This document shows positions 1-10,465 of a DNA stretch of 64,000 nucleotides, piece by piece; the first letter of the stretch is position 1; every line of letters begins with the position of its first letter. The DNA comes from Blastocladiella emersonii ATCC 22665. Taxonomy: Eukaryota; Fungi; Blastocladiomycota. Under the pieces are notes generated by a model. It was not told the origin of the DNA, did no database searches, and saw nothing but the letters and a program-made list of their open reading frames with translations. Both the position numbers and the translations under genes were made by a program. The DNA lies in assembly GCA_025594325.1 (NCBI GenBank), contig JANHCV010000015.1:186001-250000 (forward strand), written 5' to 3'.

Positions 1-3000
1 ATGGTCGCGCCCTCGCCGCCGGTCCACAGGCCGCCGAGCGCGTTGGCGCCCGCCTGCGCGAACGTGTCGATGACGAGCGGCGCGGTGCAGGTGCCCGGAG
101 TGCCCGTCGCCGTCGGCGTGGCGGTCGTCGGGCCGGCCGTCGCGGTCGTGGTGGGGGTGGTACCGGCGCCGCACATGAACTGCATCTGGCTGAGGCGGAA
201 CGGGGTGTTGACCTGCCAGTTGACGAGCGCGAGGGCGTGGCCGAGCTTGATGTTGGCGCCCGCGAACGCCGTCAGCGGGACCGTCGCGACGCCGTCCTTG
301 ACGTACGGGCCGAGGGCGACCTTGAACGAGGCCGCGGGGTCGCGCGCGGTGCACGCGGCGGTGCGCTGCTGCAGCTCGAGCGTCGGGTAGGTCACCTGGG
401 CGTTGGCGGTGGTCGGCGCGATGTTGAACTGGAGCGCCGAGTAGGCCGACAGGTCGCGGCACGACGCGCCGGCAATGTTGGACGCGAAATACGCGCCGGC
501 GGCGGTCGCGGTCACCGTCATGGCGTTGCCCGCGTACGCGGCGTTCGCGAGCTCCGAGCCCGCCCACAGCTGGAGCGAGTTCTGCCCGGCCTGCGCGAAC
601 GTGTCGACGACGAGCGGCGGGCACGTCGCGCCGCCGGTCTGTGTCGGCGCGGGCGTGGTGGTGGCGGTGCCCGTCGGGGTAGCGCCGGCGGCGCACGCGA
701 GGCGGATCTCGCCGACGGCGAACTCGACGTTGAGCGGCCAGTCGCCGATGACGAGGGCGTGGCCGCGCTTGAGGTCGACGTTGGCGGCGAAGGCGGAGAG
801 CGGGACCGTGGCGACGCCGTCCTTGACGTACTGCGCGATGGCGACCGTCGCCGACTGCGCCGGGTCGCGCGCCGTGCACGCGGCGTTGCGGCCCTGCAGC
901 TGCAGGGTCGGGAAGGCCGCGGCGGTGCCCGTGGTGATCTGGCGGATCGAGAAGGTCACGGCCGAGTACACGGTCAGGTCGCGGCACGCCTGGCCGCCGA
1001 GGAGCGTCGCGAAATACGCGCCCGCGGCGGTCGCCTTGGCCGTCATGACGTTGTTGGCGTAGTTGCGGACCAGGCCTTCGGTGCCCGACCACACGCCGAG
1101 AGCGTTGCTAGATTGCGGGGGAAAAGGGCGAGAGAAGTGTCAGCAGAGTGGTCTCGGGCCACAAACGAGCGGTCTGAGCGCCAGCGACGCGTACCTGTCG
1201 GGGTTGGTGAAGGCATCGACGGGGAGCGGCGGGGCGGTGCACTGGCCGGGGGTGCCGGTGGGGTTGACGGGGCCGGTAGTCGTCGTAGTCGTCGGCGGCA
1301 GGTTGTTGCAGCGGTTGACGATGGCGAGGTCGTCCATGACGACCTGGTCGGTGAACGACGAGTACCCGTTGAAGAAGATGGAGAAGGCGCTGGCGGGGTT
1401 GTTGGAGATATCGGCGAGCGGGATGAGCACGTCCTGCTCGGCCCCCGTAAACACCTTCTCGGGCGTGTAGAGGTGGACCTTGACCGTCTTCTTGGGAACG
1501 TAGGCGGCGCAGTTGGCGTCCTTGGAGTCCATGCCGACCGAGTACTCGAACCCGCGCGGCGCCGTGACCTTGAACGACAGGTGCGTGAACTGCGACGCGT
1601 CGAAGCACTGCACCGTGTTGCCGAGCAGCGAGTACCAGTACGTATTGGCCGACTGCGCCTGCGACACGAGCTTGTTGTTGACGATCTCGAACCGCGTCAG
1701 GAACTCGCCCTCCTGCAGCAGGCCGAGCAGCGACTTGGGCGACGTGGCGTGGTTGAAGTCGTCGACGACGAGCGCCTTGTACCGGCACGTCGTGTCGGGG
1801 CACGTATCGCTGCCGATGGCCGGGACCGCGAGCGAGTACGCGGCGACGGGCGCCGCCTTGAACGACGACTCGCCGACGCTGGTGACGGCCGAAACGTAGA
1901 ACTCGCACTGCGACCCGACGTCGACGTTGATCGAGTAGGTCGTCGACGTCACGGGCACCATGCCCGACGAGAACGGCGGGACCGTTGCGCCGAACTTGAT
2001 CTCGCGGTGGTACACGATGTACGACTTGACGGCGGCCGCGGGGTCCTGCATCGCGGGCGCGGCCCAGTTGAGCGTGCACTTCTGGTACTCGGGCGTGATG
2101 ACGAGCCCGGTCGGTGCCGACGGGCCCTGGCCGGCGGCGTAGTTGCCGATGGTGAAGGGTGTGAACTTGGCCGTGTACACGGTGCCGTTGACGGGGCGCA
2201 GCGCCTGGCGCGCGGCGCCGCCCTGCGACCACGACGCGAACCGGTACGCCTGGCGGTCGATGAGCTGCTCCGTGTACAGGTCGACCGAGATCTCGCCGCC
2301 GCTGAGCGTCGGGAACACGGTCGGGGTCTTGAAGGGGGCGAGGTTGAGCAGGACCGAGAGCCCCGGCGGGTCCGTGGTGACCTGGGCGTTGACGACGTTA
2401 GGCGTGACGCGCGTCGTGTACGGGATCACGAGCCCGGGCGTCGTCGGGTGCTTGACGTTGAGGTTGATGGTGAGCTGCGACGGGTACTCGTGGTCGGGCG
2501 CGACGAACGTGATGGCCTTGGCGCCAGCGTACGTGTTGACGAGGTGCTGGTGGCACGAAATGTCGTTGGGACGGCACGGCGGGCCCGGGTAGCAGTGCGA
2601 GATGAGCACTTCCCACGAGTAGTTGGCCTCGGGGATCGCGACGCCGTCCTGCGACGTGACGGTCGCGGTCGCGGTCAGCGAGTCGCCGACGTTGAACTCG
2701 TAGTCCTTCTTGCTCACGGCAATGCCCGACGCGCTGCCGCCGTTGTCGAGCGTCGAGCCCGTGTTGACAGCGCCGCTGGTCGAGGTCACGCGCAGCGACA
2801 CGGTGACGGGCTTGGCCGTCGCGTACGTGTACGTGGCCGTGGCCGTGTTCGGGCCGGCGAACTTGCCCGACCCATCGAGGTCCCACGCGAACGTGAGGGC
2901 GCCGCCGCCGAGCGTGTCGTAGGACCCCGCCGAGTCGAACTTGACGGTGAGCGGGACGGTGCCCGAGGTCTTGTCGGCGGCGACCTTGACGACGGGCAGC

Positions 3001-4508
3001 TCCTTGCTGGCGGCCTGGAACCGCCACACGGTGCCGGCCCAGATCTGGGAGATGTAGAGTGCGCCGTCGGGGCCCTTGGTGATGTCGACGATCTGGGTCG
3101 TGTCGCCGATCATCATGCGGGCCTTGTCGAAGTCGAGCCCGGTCGCGTTGCGGCGCACGCCCCAGAACCCGCCGCGCGTGTAGTCGGCGAAGAAGAGCGC
3201 GTCCTTGTAGTCGGCGGGGAACGACGACGCGCCCGAGTACACGGCGATGCCCGTGATGGCCGACTGCCCGCCGGCCTTGGTCACGACGTTGCCGAACTGG
3301 CCAAAGTGCGAGTACTTGAAGAGCGCCTGCTTGGACTTGGACGGGTTGGTGTACAGCTCGTTGCACGTCGGGAAGTTCTGGGCCTCGACCGTGGCCGAGT
3401 GCATGACGCCCTCGAGGCACGGCCACCCGTAGTTGTTGTTGGCGCCGTTGCCGCCCGTCGCGCGCACGCTCGGGATCAGGTTGATCTCCTCCCAGTCGGC
3501 GAACCCGACGTCGCCGAGGTACAGGTTGTCGGTGGCGGGGTCGACGACGAACCGGTACGGGTTGCGGAACCCGCGCGCGAGGACCTGCAGCTTCGGGGTC
3601 GGCATGCCGGGCTTGAAGGCGTCGAGCGTCGCGACGGGCGCGTACAGGACCTTGCCCAAGTACGAGTCCATGGCCTGCGACATCATGACGCCGCCGAACT
3701 CGGGGTTGGCCGCGCCGCCGTTCGCGTACGGGCACTTGTTGGGTGCCGCGCCCAGGTTCATCGAGTCGCCGGGCAGGAAGCTGTTGTCGCCGACCGACAT
3801 AATCAGGTTCTTGGCGCTGTCGAACCGCAGGTCGCCCTGCGCGTGTGTCGTCGAGCCCGAGCACCAGTCGACGATGATCTCCTCGAGGTTCTCGAGCTTC
3901 TCGAGGTCCGCGTTCCACGCCATGCGCGACAGGGCACCCGACGTGAAGCAGATGCCGGACGGGCACAGGTCCGAGTACACGGGCGTGGGACCACCGACCT
4001 CGCCATCACGCGAGTACAGCAAGTAGACGACCTTCTTGCCAGCGTTCCAGTCCGGGTGCGGAGCGAGCCCGACGAGTCCCTTATCGAAATTATTGAAGGT
4101 GATACCCGAGATATCGGCGGCGACGACGGGGTTGCGGTCCTCGACGGACTTGGCCGTGTAAATCACGCCTAGAAGGGTGCATCAGAGTCGGGATCAGTCT
4201 TGCGTCGGTCGGCGCGGTCGGCGCGGTCGCCGGATCAGCTGAAACACGATGCAAGGCGTGCGTCGTCGGCCCGCCTCGCTTGTGATCCCCGCTGATCCCG
4301 TCGATAGCAGCAGAATCATCAACGTACCGCCCTTGCCGATGATGAAGACGCGGCCGTCGGGGGCGAACCGGACGCCCGTCGGGTTGGCGAGCTTCTCCCA
4401 GGCGGGGACCATGACGAACCCGGGCTCGAGCACCTTCTGCGCGAGGCACCCGGCCACGAACGCGAGCAGCGCGGCGGCCAGGAGGACCGCGGAGCGTGCG
4501 AGGCGCAT
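1..4508 (-). CDS. Secreted glucose/sorbosone dehydrogenase-family (PQQ-dependent, beta-propeller) protein with PKD, FN3-like and at least 4 CBM-like repeats; runs off the window start. Exons 4508-4328, 4168-1195, 1107-<1
   Basis: Signal peptide MRLARSAVLLAAALLAFVAGCLA. GSDH motifs GLVGLAPHPDW, ARGFRNPYRF, YLGDVGFADWEEINLI, NYGWPCLEG, FPADYKDALFFADY. PKD-like GTVPLTVKFDSAGSYD...FAWDLDG...TYTY. FN3-like PSAPTGLVITP...LNWAAP. GT-AG introns 4327-4169 (phase 1) and 1194-1108 (phase 2) join the frames without stops. Confidence 0.85.
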
Positions 4509-4981
4509 GTTGGGCGGTTGGTAGTGGTGGTAGTGGTGCTTCTTGTTCTAGTTGTGGTGCCGGTGCAGGTGCGCAGAGCGTCGTCTAGGTGTAGTGTGCG
4601 ACTCGGTCCGCTCGACCAGCAGCGCCGTAATAGAGTGGAGGGCAGCGGGAGGGAGAGAGATAGTGCTCGACGAGGGAAAACGCCTCGCTCGAGGAGCACA
4701 AGGTTCTCTAGGTTCCGAGATTGGGCAGGGCAGGGCAGGGCAAGCAGCCGTCGGGCCGGACCGACCCTTGATTGGATCCTCGCCAGTTCGACTGCGGTGC
4801 GCGTCCTTTCCGCAACGAGAACCGCAAGGGGGCGCGCCGTCGCAGGTCGCGCGACTTCTGACGCGCGCCGGGTGGCGCAGTTGCCCGCGCGCGACCCTCG
4901 TCGAGCGTCGAGCCCGGGATGCTCACATTTCTCACGCACTGGACAGCTCGTAACGCGGGTGTGTGTGATAAGGGTCCATTT

Positions 4982-7198
4982 TCACCAGTCGTCCTCATCG
5001 TCGTCGACACGCAACAGCTCCGGCTGGTGCCTCCGCAGACTCGGCGCCGGCGGCGGCTGCGACGACGACGACGGCGTCGATCCGTATGCTGGCCGGAAGG
5101 GCGAGAACCGGTCGAGGATCGACGTCGACGCCGACTTGCGCAGGCCCGGCCCGCCCGGCGAGCCGCCGCCGAACATGGCCGCGGCCGCGCGCGCGCCGCT
5201 CGCTGGGCCGAACGTCGCGGCGGGTGGCCGGTACGGCGTCCGAGCGAGCGCGGGTGTCGATGCGGCAGGCGTCATCGTCGAGTTCCCCGCCGCGGGCGCG
5301 GGCTCGCCGACCGACGACGCGACCGAGCTGCGCGACCCCGGCCCGCCGCTCGGCAGCGACAGCCCCGCCATGAACGCCTCGAGGTCGCGCTGCATGGTGC
5401 TGCTGCCGGGCCCGCCGACGCCGTCGGGCCACGTCGGGTCGAGCGACGGCGACATGGCGGTTGCGGTCGTGGCCCCCGCAGCCGATAAACGCGACGGGGA
5501 CGTGCTGCGCGAGGTGCCGAGCCGGCCGAGCGAGCCCGGCTGCACCGACGCGGGCCGCCAGTCGGGGAGGGAGGGTGCCGGCGCGGGCGCGTGGCTGCTG
5601 CTGCTGTCGCGGCGCAGGGTCGCGGAGGCGGTCCCGGCGTGGTAAGCGCGGCCGAGCGCTAGACTCGAGGCGGGGCGGCGCAGGCTCGGCTGCTGGTCGC
5701 GGTACAGCGGGTATTGCTGCTGCTGCTGCTGGTAGTGCTGGTGCTGCGTGAACCGGTCCTCGTACTGCGGCGCCGCGGGCGACGAGTGCATGCGCGGCCA
5801 CGAGGCCGTCGGGTGCTGCTGCTGCCCGTGGAGACCCGATGATGGCGGCGCGGTCGCGTGGCGCGAGTGGAGGGTATGCGACGACGAAGAAGAAGAAGAC
5901 GGTAACTCCCCGCCGCGGGATGGCGGGCGATGGTTGTTGCCCTTGGGCGCCGTCGGCGTCGGCGTCTCGGGCGATCCCGCGTCGCTCGTGAGCACATCGC
6001 TGGGCGAGACCCATGCCACCCCGCCACCGCCGCTGGCGCTGCTGCTCGAGTTGGCGCGCGTGCTGCGCGGCGTGGTGACCGCGAGGTGCCGCGGCGTCGC
6101 GGAAGCCGCGCGGTCGGGCTTTACGGCCGCTTCATCGTCGTCGCTTTCAAAGAACCGTTCGGGCGGCGCGGGGACGGGGAGCCGCCACTGTCCGCCGTCC
6201 ATGCACCGAAGCCGCGAGAGCAGCGCGAGCGCGGCACTCATGACCGAGACCTGGTTCGCCGACAGGTCGAGGCTATCCTTAGCCGCCAAAACCGCGGGGC
6301 ACCGGCACGGCGCGCCGACCTCGGCCGCGTCGCACGCGCACCCGGCGGCGGTTAGCTGGCGCAGCGACGTGTTGAGCGCGACGGTGATGGTGGCGAGGTG
6401 CGCGAGGAGGTGCGCGACGGTTGGGTCGAGCTCGGCCGACGCCGCGTCGCGGTTCGCCGCCGACAGCGAGCACGCCGTCTGCAGCAGCATGTCGGCGGCC
6501 GCGTCGCGCTCCACGTCCGTCGGCGAGGACTCCGTGTACCCGTCGGAGGACGACGCGATGAACGACGGCCGCGACCCGCCCGTCGACGACGCATGCGACG
6601 CGAGCGAGCTGCGCCGCAGGTGGTGGTGCGCGGCAGCCGACTCGGGCCGGTACGGCGGCACCCCGGATGCCGTGGTTGGGCTCGCGAGCGCGTGGTGCGC
6701 GGCGCCGAGGCCGGGCGACGGCGTCGAGCGAGGCGGAAGCGCGTGGCGCGACGCCGTGCTGGTGCTCGCCGTGGACCGCGTGGGCGATGCCGGCCCGCGC
6801 CACCCGTGGTTCGAGAGCGGCGGCGACGCGAGCGCTGACGACGACGTGTGGTGCGGATGGTGGTGGTTGACGGTAATCGCGGGCGGCGCGGGCCTGCGCA
6901 CGGGCGACGGCGTCCGCGACCGAGGTGGCTGCCGCGACGAGCGGACCGTCGAGTCGGCGCTCCGTGGCGTCCCGCGCGATCCGGCAACCGCCGACGATGA
7001 GGAGGAGGAGGCGGCGAGCAGGTCCTCGACGGAGCGCGCAAGCGAGTCGAAGAGGACCGTGGTGCGCTGCTTGCGGCGGTTCCGGCGCGTCGTTGGCGGC
7101 GCCGAGGCCGAGCCCGCGCCGGGTGGCGCAGCAGCAGCAGCGGGTGCACCGGCGTGGTCAAGCAGCCGGCCGTGCTGCAGGTGGTGTTGGTAGTCCAT
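4982..7198 (-). CDS. Hypothetical Ser/Ala/Pro/His-rich low-complexity protein (738 aa)
   Basis: Long ATG-initiated ORF with coding-like GC3 bias and a short central helical/Cys segment (GCACDAAEVGAPCRCP). No recognisable domain. Confidence 0.6.
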   Translation of the reverse strand: MDYQHHLQHGRLLDHAGAPAAAAAPPGAGSASAPPTTRRNRRKQRTTVLFDSLARSVEDLLAASSSSSSAVAGSRGTPRSADSTVRSSRQPPRSRTPSPVRRPAPPAITVNHHHPHHTSSSALASPPLSNHGWRGPASPTRSTASTSTASRHALPPRSTPSPGLGAAHHALASPTTASGVPPYRPESAAAHHHLRRSSLASHASSTGGSRPSFIASSSDGYTESSPTDVERDAAADMLLQTACSLSAANRDAASAELDPTVAHLLAHLATITVALNTSLRQLTAAGCACDAAEVGAPCRCPAVLAAKDSLDLSANQVSVMSAALALLSRLRCMDGGQWRLPVPAPPERFFESDDDEAAVKPDRAASATPRHLAVTTPRSTRANSSSSASGGGGVAWVSPSDVLTSDAGSPETPTPTAPKGNNHRPPSRGGELPSSSSSSSHTLHSRHATAPPSSGLHGQQQHPTASWPRMHSSPAAPQYEDRFTQHQHYQQQQQQYPLYRDQQPSLRRPASSLALGRAYHAGTASATLRRDSSSSHAPAPAPSLPDWRPASVQPGSLGRLGTSRSTSPSRLSAAGATTATAMSPSLDPTWPDGVGGPGSSTMQRDLEAFMAGLSLPSGGPGSRSSVASSVGEPAPAAGNSTMTPAASTPALARTPYRPPAATFGPASGARAAAAMFGGGSPGGPGLRKSASTSILDRFSPFRPAYGSTPSSSSQPPPAPSLRRHQPELLRVDDDEDDW

Positions 7199-8246
7199 GG
7201 TTGTTGGTCGATGAGCGAGCGAGCGGGTCCGCGCCGAGCTAGGATGGATGCATGCGGGCGCAAGGGCCCAGGGACGCGTGCAGCGAGTTGCGGGGCGCCT
7301 TTCCGTGGAGAGTTGGCGGGCGATCTGCGTTGCCTGAAGCGATGAGGGTCGAATCCGTCACCGAGGAAGTGCGAGAACGCGAGGAAACTCTCCTAGGCCC
7401 GCCCCGCGTGGCCGCCACGTGAGAAACGCGTGCGCGATGCGAGACGCGTTTCATTCTCGAGGCGCGCGCGCGCGTGTCTCCGGCGCCTGCGAGGCACTTT
7501 GTGGGCACCGGCGGCGCGGATCGCGCGTGCCGCCCATGGCACCCACGGCGCCGTGACACAAATGCAGTCAGTCGTTCGCCGCGCGCCGTGCGGCCGTGTC
7601 GCGCCCGACGTATTGCCTCGCATCGCAATGTTTCCCGCTGGGCGCCACCATGAGTATCCGGACCGTGGGCAATGTCGGGCGCGCGCGACGGGGCCTGCAC
7701 CCAGTCGGTCTGTTTGCTGCAAGTCTCCTACTCGCCTTTTTGTCTCCACCCGCTCGCGCTCGCACTCACACGCTGGTGCCGCGCCGTCCCGCCCGCTCGA
7801 GCTATCCGCCCTATTACGATTCCTTCCCGATCCATCAATCATCGTGCAGTGCTGTGATCAGGGGCCTCCTATAAGACCTCGCCTGTCCCTGACCCCTCCC
7901 TCTCTAACACCTACCTACTCTTGTATTCGATCCATCGACCATCTGTCACTTGACTCTCTACCTGCCTCGCATCGACCCAGCCTCTCGCTCCTTCCTGCAC
8001 TGGCTGATACCGTCCCGCCCTACCCTGATCGGCTGTACTACACACGCATCGACTACATCTCGGCAACAGCTACTGCACCGGCGCTGCACCACCATCCGCG
8101 AGTCCACCACCCGCGTCGACCCGCTCAACCTGTCCGGCACCATCCCGGCCTTCACCCCCGGTCTCCGTCGCGGTCTGCTCCGCCTCGCCCACCGCCGTCG
8201 TCGACTCGCTGCCGCCGCCCCCGTCCCTCGCACCACCATTGCCACC

Positions 8247-10100
8247 ATGCCGCTCCGCCCCGAGTCGATCCAGCAGCAGCAGCAGCAGCCCGCGCGCTCG
8301 GGTGCCTCGTCGGCGACCACGGCCGCGTCCAAGCTCACGGCCACGGATCCGTGGACGGCCGCCGCCGCGGGCCAGTCGATCCCGAACCCCACGACCCCGA
8401 GCATCACCAACTCGCCCGGGTCGGCCGCGACCGCGCTGTCGGCGCTCTCGGCCAAGGGCCTTCTGGTACTTTCCTCGTCTCTCATCCTTCTCCTCGGGTC
8501 GCCGCCCGTCGTCTATGCCGAGGCCATGCCGTTCCCGCTGCCCGTCGACATGCAGCAGCAGCGCGTTCTCGCCGGCGCCGGCGGCAAGCAGATCGAGTCG
8601 GGCTCGCCGCCGCCGCCTTCGGCCCTCGAGCACATCCCGCCCCCGCCGCCTTCGGCCCTCGAGCACATCCCGCCCCCGCCGCCTTCGATCCCCGAGCACC
8701 ACCACACGCGCGAGCAGGTCGGCGGTCCGCCGCCGCCACCCGGACACGTCGACGACGGCTTGCCCGCCGTCGGTGGCACGGGCCCGACTGTCCCGCTCGC
8801 GGCCTCGGCCTCGGCGGCGACCCCCGCGTTCGCGTTCGTGTTCCTTGCGTTTGTTGCACTGCTAACTGCTCGGTGCGTGCCTCTCCTCCCTCTCGTGTAT
8901 CCATCGTGTGTTCACCCGCCTCAGACCACTCCAAGCAACGTGTCGTCGCGCATCCGCCAGAAGTTCCGCCAGGCGACCAACTCGGTGGTCGGCACCGTCG
9001 GTACGACTGCTTTCCCCCTCGACTCTCGCCTCCCACCGAAGCCTAACCCGTGTGTGATCCGTGTAGGGTACCCGATCTCCAACATCTCGGCGCGCACCAT
9101 CACCATGGCGTGGGCGTCGGCCGGCGGCGCCATCAAGCGCACGGGCCCGCCGCCGACCACGGCCGTGGCCGGTTTCACGTCTCTCTCTTCGGACAACAAC
9201 AGCGGCGAGGATGTCGTGAACCTCGAGGGGTCCGACTACGACTCGGACAACTTCGACGCCATGGACGTGGACCTCGCGGCGCCCACGGGGTTCGTGCCTA
9301 ACCTCGAGGTGACCTCCGACACGATCGACCTCAGCGTCCCCGAGATCCTCGCGTGCACGCCCATCCACGCCGCCGCCGCGCAGCAGACCCAGCAGACCAA
9401 GCCGGCGCCCGCGGTGCTCGTCAAGGCCGAGTCCGAGGAGTCGGGCGACGCGACCATTGCCAAGAAGGCCGAGTCCGAGGAGAACCTGGCGCCGCGCGTC
9501 ACGTCAGTCCCGAAGGTGCAGTTCCCGCTCGCGCTGCCGATCGTGGCGGGCCCTGGCGTCAAGCCGGTGCTGGCGCTGGACCTCGACGAGACGCTGATCC
9601 ACAGCAGCCTGGTGCCGCGCCGGCCCGCCGACTTCTGGATCGAGGTGATCCAGGGCGGCGACATGCGCACGCGCGAGGTGTTCTGGGTGTACAAGCGCCC
9701 GGGCGTCGACGCGTTCCTGGCGGCGGTCAGCCAGGCGTACACGGTGATGGTGTTCACGGCGGGGATCCGCGAGTACGCGAGCCAGATCCTCGACGTGCTC
9801 GACCCGACGGGCACCATCTTCGCGGCGCGCCTGTACCGCGACGCGTGCACCGAGATGCGCGGGCCGGCGCCGCAGTCGGCGTTTGCCAAGGACATGACGC
9901 GCGTGTGCACCGACATGCGCCGCATCATGCTCGTCGACAACACGCCCGGGTGCTTTGCCCTCCAGCCCGCGAACGGGCTCCCGATCAAGTCGTGGTACAC
10001 GGACACCACCGACACCCAGCTGTTCCGCCTCCAGGACTTTCTCCTCTCGGTCGCCAACGTCGACGACCTCCGCCTCGTGCTCCCCGAGTGGCGCATGTAA
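8247..10100 (+). CDS. NIF/SCP (FCP1-like CTD small phosphatase) HAD phosphatase with a long low-complexity N-terminus
   Basis: Catalytic LDLDETLIHSS (DxDxT) at about 9579, then VYKRPGVDAFL, VFTAG..EYA..ILD.LDP, RLYRDAC, LVDNTP and IKSW. Probable in-frame intron 9001-9066. N-terminal exon structure is uncertain. Confidence 0.85.
   Translation: MPLRPESIQQQQQQPARSGASSATTAASKLTATDPWTAAAAGQSIPNPTTPSITNSPGSAATALSALSAKGLLVLSSSLILLLGSPPVVYAEAMPFPLPVDMQQQRVLAGAGGKQIESGSPPPPSALEHIPPPPPSALEHIPPPPPSIPEHHHTREQVGGPPPPPGHVDDGLPAVGGTGPTVPLAASASAATPAFAFVFLAFVALLTARCVPLLPLVYPSCVHPPQTTPSNVSSRIRQKFRQATNSVVGTVGTTAFPLDSRLPPKPNPCVIRVGYPISNISARTITMAWASAGGAIKRTGPPPTTAVAGFTSLSSDNNSGEDVVNLEGSDYDSDNFDAMDVDLAAPTGFVPNLEVTSDTIDLSVPEILACTPIHAAAAQQTQQTKPAPAVLVKAESEESGDATIAKKAESEENLAPRVTSVPKVQFPLALPIVAGPGVKPVLALDLDETLIHSSLVPRRPADFWIEVIQGGDMRTREVFWVYKRPGVDAFLAAVSQAYTVMVFTAGIREYASQILDVLDPTGTIFAARLYRDACTEMRGPAPQSAFAKDMTRVCTDMRRIMLVDNTPGCFALQPANGLPIKSWYTDTTDTQLFRLQDFLLSVANVDDLRLVLPEWRM
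8610..8699 (+). repeat. 33-bp coding tandem repeat (about 2.7 copies, encoding PPSALEHIPPP)
   Basis: Unit ccgccgccttcggccctcgagcacatcccgccc starts at 8610 and 8643, with a partial copy at 8676. Confidence 0.9.
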
Positions 10101-10465
10101 CAGGCGCCGGTCAGCGACGGCGCACCACCACCCTCAAGAACTACACCAAGACTAGACCGGCTTCGCCTGCTCGGTTTCCCTCCCCGCTCTCGTCGCTCCA
10201 CCTGTACAACTCCCTTCTTCCCTCCCTCTCTTTGCTTCCTCTTGCGGCGTGTATACCGCCCGTCTGGCGAAACTCCATGTAAATGTATCACTACGACTGA
10301 ACGAACACCGGAGTCCGTCCGTGTCAGCCGCGAGGGAGCGAGAGCCAAGCGTGGGAGTTCACCTCGACATGACCAACGCGACTCGCAAGCAAGCCACTTC
10401 GCCGAGGGTCTTCCCACCCGCCGGCCCTCGCTCTCTTTCTCTCCCCTTTGCACCCAGTCGCAGCC

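Noticed and set aside
237-4172. 1311-aa + strand ORF, and similar giant antisense ORFs at 17101-23916, 27137-29656, 55319-57190 and 41580-43082
   Set aside because: These are shadows of real genes on the opposite strand. Extreme GC3 bias removes stop codons from the antisense frames, and the translations are R/G/V/L-rich without motifs.
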